A stretch of 64,000 nucleotides of DNA from Zootoca vivipara (Eukaryota), in the NCBI RefSeq assembly GCF_963506605.1, contig NC_083277.1, positions 41,974,001 to 42,038,000 on the forward strand, in the 5' to 3' direction. Below, piece after piece: positions 62,203 to 64,000 of this stretch. The notes below the pieces were generated by a model. The model was not told the origin of the DNA, searched no databases, and saw only the letters and a list, made by a program, of their open reading frames with translations. Within the stretch, counting starts at the first letter, position 1. Every line of letters begins with the position of its first letter. The position numbers and the translations under genes were made by a program.

Positions 62203-62641
62203 TGTCCTAGCTGTCTAGGCAACCGTGGACCGCGGACCAGACTATTGGAGCCACAGCATAGGACCCACACCACCTTCTTAAACTTCCTTGTCTGACTCTG
62301 TGCAATCAAAGACCTGAAGGCTCCTCTCTAACTGTTCCCTTCTAGCATGGTGATAACAGCGGGAGTAACTCGGGATTCCAAAGACACAAATCTCTCTGAG
62401 AGCGCCACAGCCTCCCCAGACTCTGAGACCCAGCACAGCTCTTTTCCTGTCTCCTTCTACCCTCTCTCTGGCTGCCCAGTCTCCTCCTCTCAACCCCCCT
62501 CTTCCACCACTACCGGCAGCTGCCTAGTGGATGGCACATAACCCCACAAATCACTGGCCCCTCCCCCTGGATCATCCTCCTCCCCCTGCCTCCTCGGCCC
62601 ATGCATCCCCCCACTTCTCAGGCTCCTGCCCATTGCTGACA
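62203..62641. mobile_element. LTR-like remnant
   Basis: TGTC...GACA termini and composition similar to the 10455 element; no TSD. Confidence 0.35.
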
Positions 62642-63508
62642 ACAGTACATTGCTATTGCTAGAACAGTACAGAAACACAGTCATCCTTCAAAATTTGCAC
62701 TTCTCCGAATTTTGCAATGCAATTCTCCAGTCGAGTGTACAAAAAAAATGCATATACTAGGGTAAAGTGTGCATTACAATACTGTACATATATTAGTGAA
62801 AGTAGCATTAAAATGCATTATTCTGGGGAATGTTTTTGCAAAAATGAGTATTTTTGGCAAAATTGCAGACAAAAGCTTTTACGGTATTAGGAGAGGTTTG
62901 CTAGTGGATTTTGCACGAGGACTTTAGAATAAAATCACATGCGGGTGTCGAAATGTGGAGAACCGAACTTAAGATTGTGGGGGGTGAGAAATGGAGAGAA
63001 ATGGTTCAAATGGTAACATTCAGTGGTGGATCTAGGAAGAACCGCTGTCTGAAACCCTAGGAAGCTGCAGCCAATCAGAGCACATCCCAATATGAATGTG
63101 ATGGAATGGTCCCCTCCTGGAAAAGAGTTTCTGAGGAATAAGAAGTCAAGCCATTACACCCTGCCCATATGTCTTTGCTCTCTTTGTGCTTTTATTTATA
63201 CACATTTCATATTTTCTCCCGCAGCTGAAAAATGGCAAGGTGCAGCTGTGGCTATTTATAACCAGAGTGTGCGCTCCTCTCAGCTATAACAAAGCACCAC
63301 GGGGCATCCAGCCAGAGCGGCCACTGCATTAGCGGAACTCTGTGCCCTCGGCAATGCGCTGCGGTTGCACAACAGTTTATAATGGTGCCCACAAGTGTCA
63401 ACAGGTAGCGAGCTGCCTTAATTCTCCACAGAGGACTTTTTGAGTTAGCACCAGGTGGGGGAGAGAAGATTCTAGGAACATATAGGAAGCTGCCTTATCC
63501 AGAGTCAG

Positions 63509-63894
63509 GTAAAGATCAAAGGTAAAGGACCCCTGGACACTTAAGTCCAGTCAAAGGTGACTATGGAGTTGCAGCGCTCATCTCGCTTTCAGGCCAAGCG
63601 AGGGAGCCCGCGTTTGTCCACAGACAGCTTTCCGGCTCATGTGGTCAGCATGACTAAACCGCTTCTGGCGCAACGGAACACCATGATGGAAACCAGAGCG
63701 CACAGAAATGTTGTTTACCTCCCCACAGCAGCGGTACCTATTTATCTACTCACCCTGGTATGCTTTCAAACTGCTAGGTTGGAAAGAGCTGGGACAGAGC
63801 AATGGGAGCTCACCCCATCGCAGGGATTTGAACCACCAACCTTCCGATCAGCAAGTCGAAGAGGCTCCGTGGTTTAGACCACAGCGCCACCCGC
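63509..63894 (-). mobile_element. Sauria SINE (Squam1) nested in an older SINE
   Basis: 12-bp TSD ATCCAGAGTCAG (63497-63508, 63895-63906). Confidence 0.9.
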
Positions 63895-64000
63895 ATCCAG
63901 AGTCAGACCATTGTTCCAGCTGGCCCTGTATTGTCTGCACTGACAGGCAGAAGCTCTCCAGGGTTTTAGGCAGGAACTCTTTCCCAGCTCTACTTGGAGA

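Noticed and set aside
63290-63312. Possible REST/RE1 site (AGCACCACGG)
   Set aside because: The right half-site GACAG is absent.

Overview
Vertebrate genomic DNA, most likely a lacertid lizard, judging by Sauria/Squam-type SINEs, BovB/RTE, L2, CR1 and Penelope remnants. The window holds the 3' part of CELSR3 (Flamingo-type adhesion GPCR) on the minus strand. I traced 34 coding exons, numbered 2-35 by analogy with mammals, from 59645 down to the stop at 5581. Splice phases are consistent throughout (6383 nt including stop). There is also a 15-nt candidate microexon. Exon 1 lies beyond the right edge, and positions 1-5580 are 3' UTR or downstream DNA. Introns carry many TE remnants. The most unusual signal is four short Penelope-like insertions built around a minimal hammerhead ribozyme (GGUAU-CUGANGA-A-GUGUGCAUGCACAC-GAAA-GCUC^AUACC). 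One is a 50-bp tandem array, one is a 92-bp inverted pair, and one starts at or near the predicted cleavage site. The fourth is flanked by TTAGGG repeats, and its 23-bp target duplication copies a CELSR3 splice donor. TE family names and comparisons with mammalian CELSR3 come from motif recognition and memory, not database searches.
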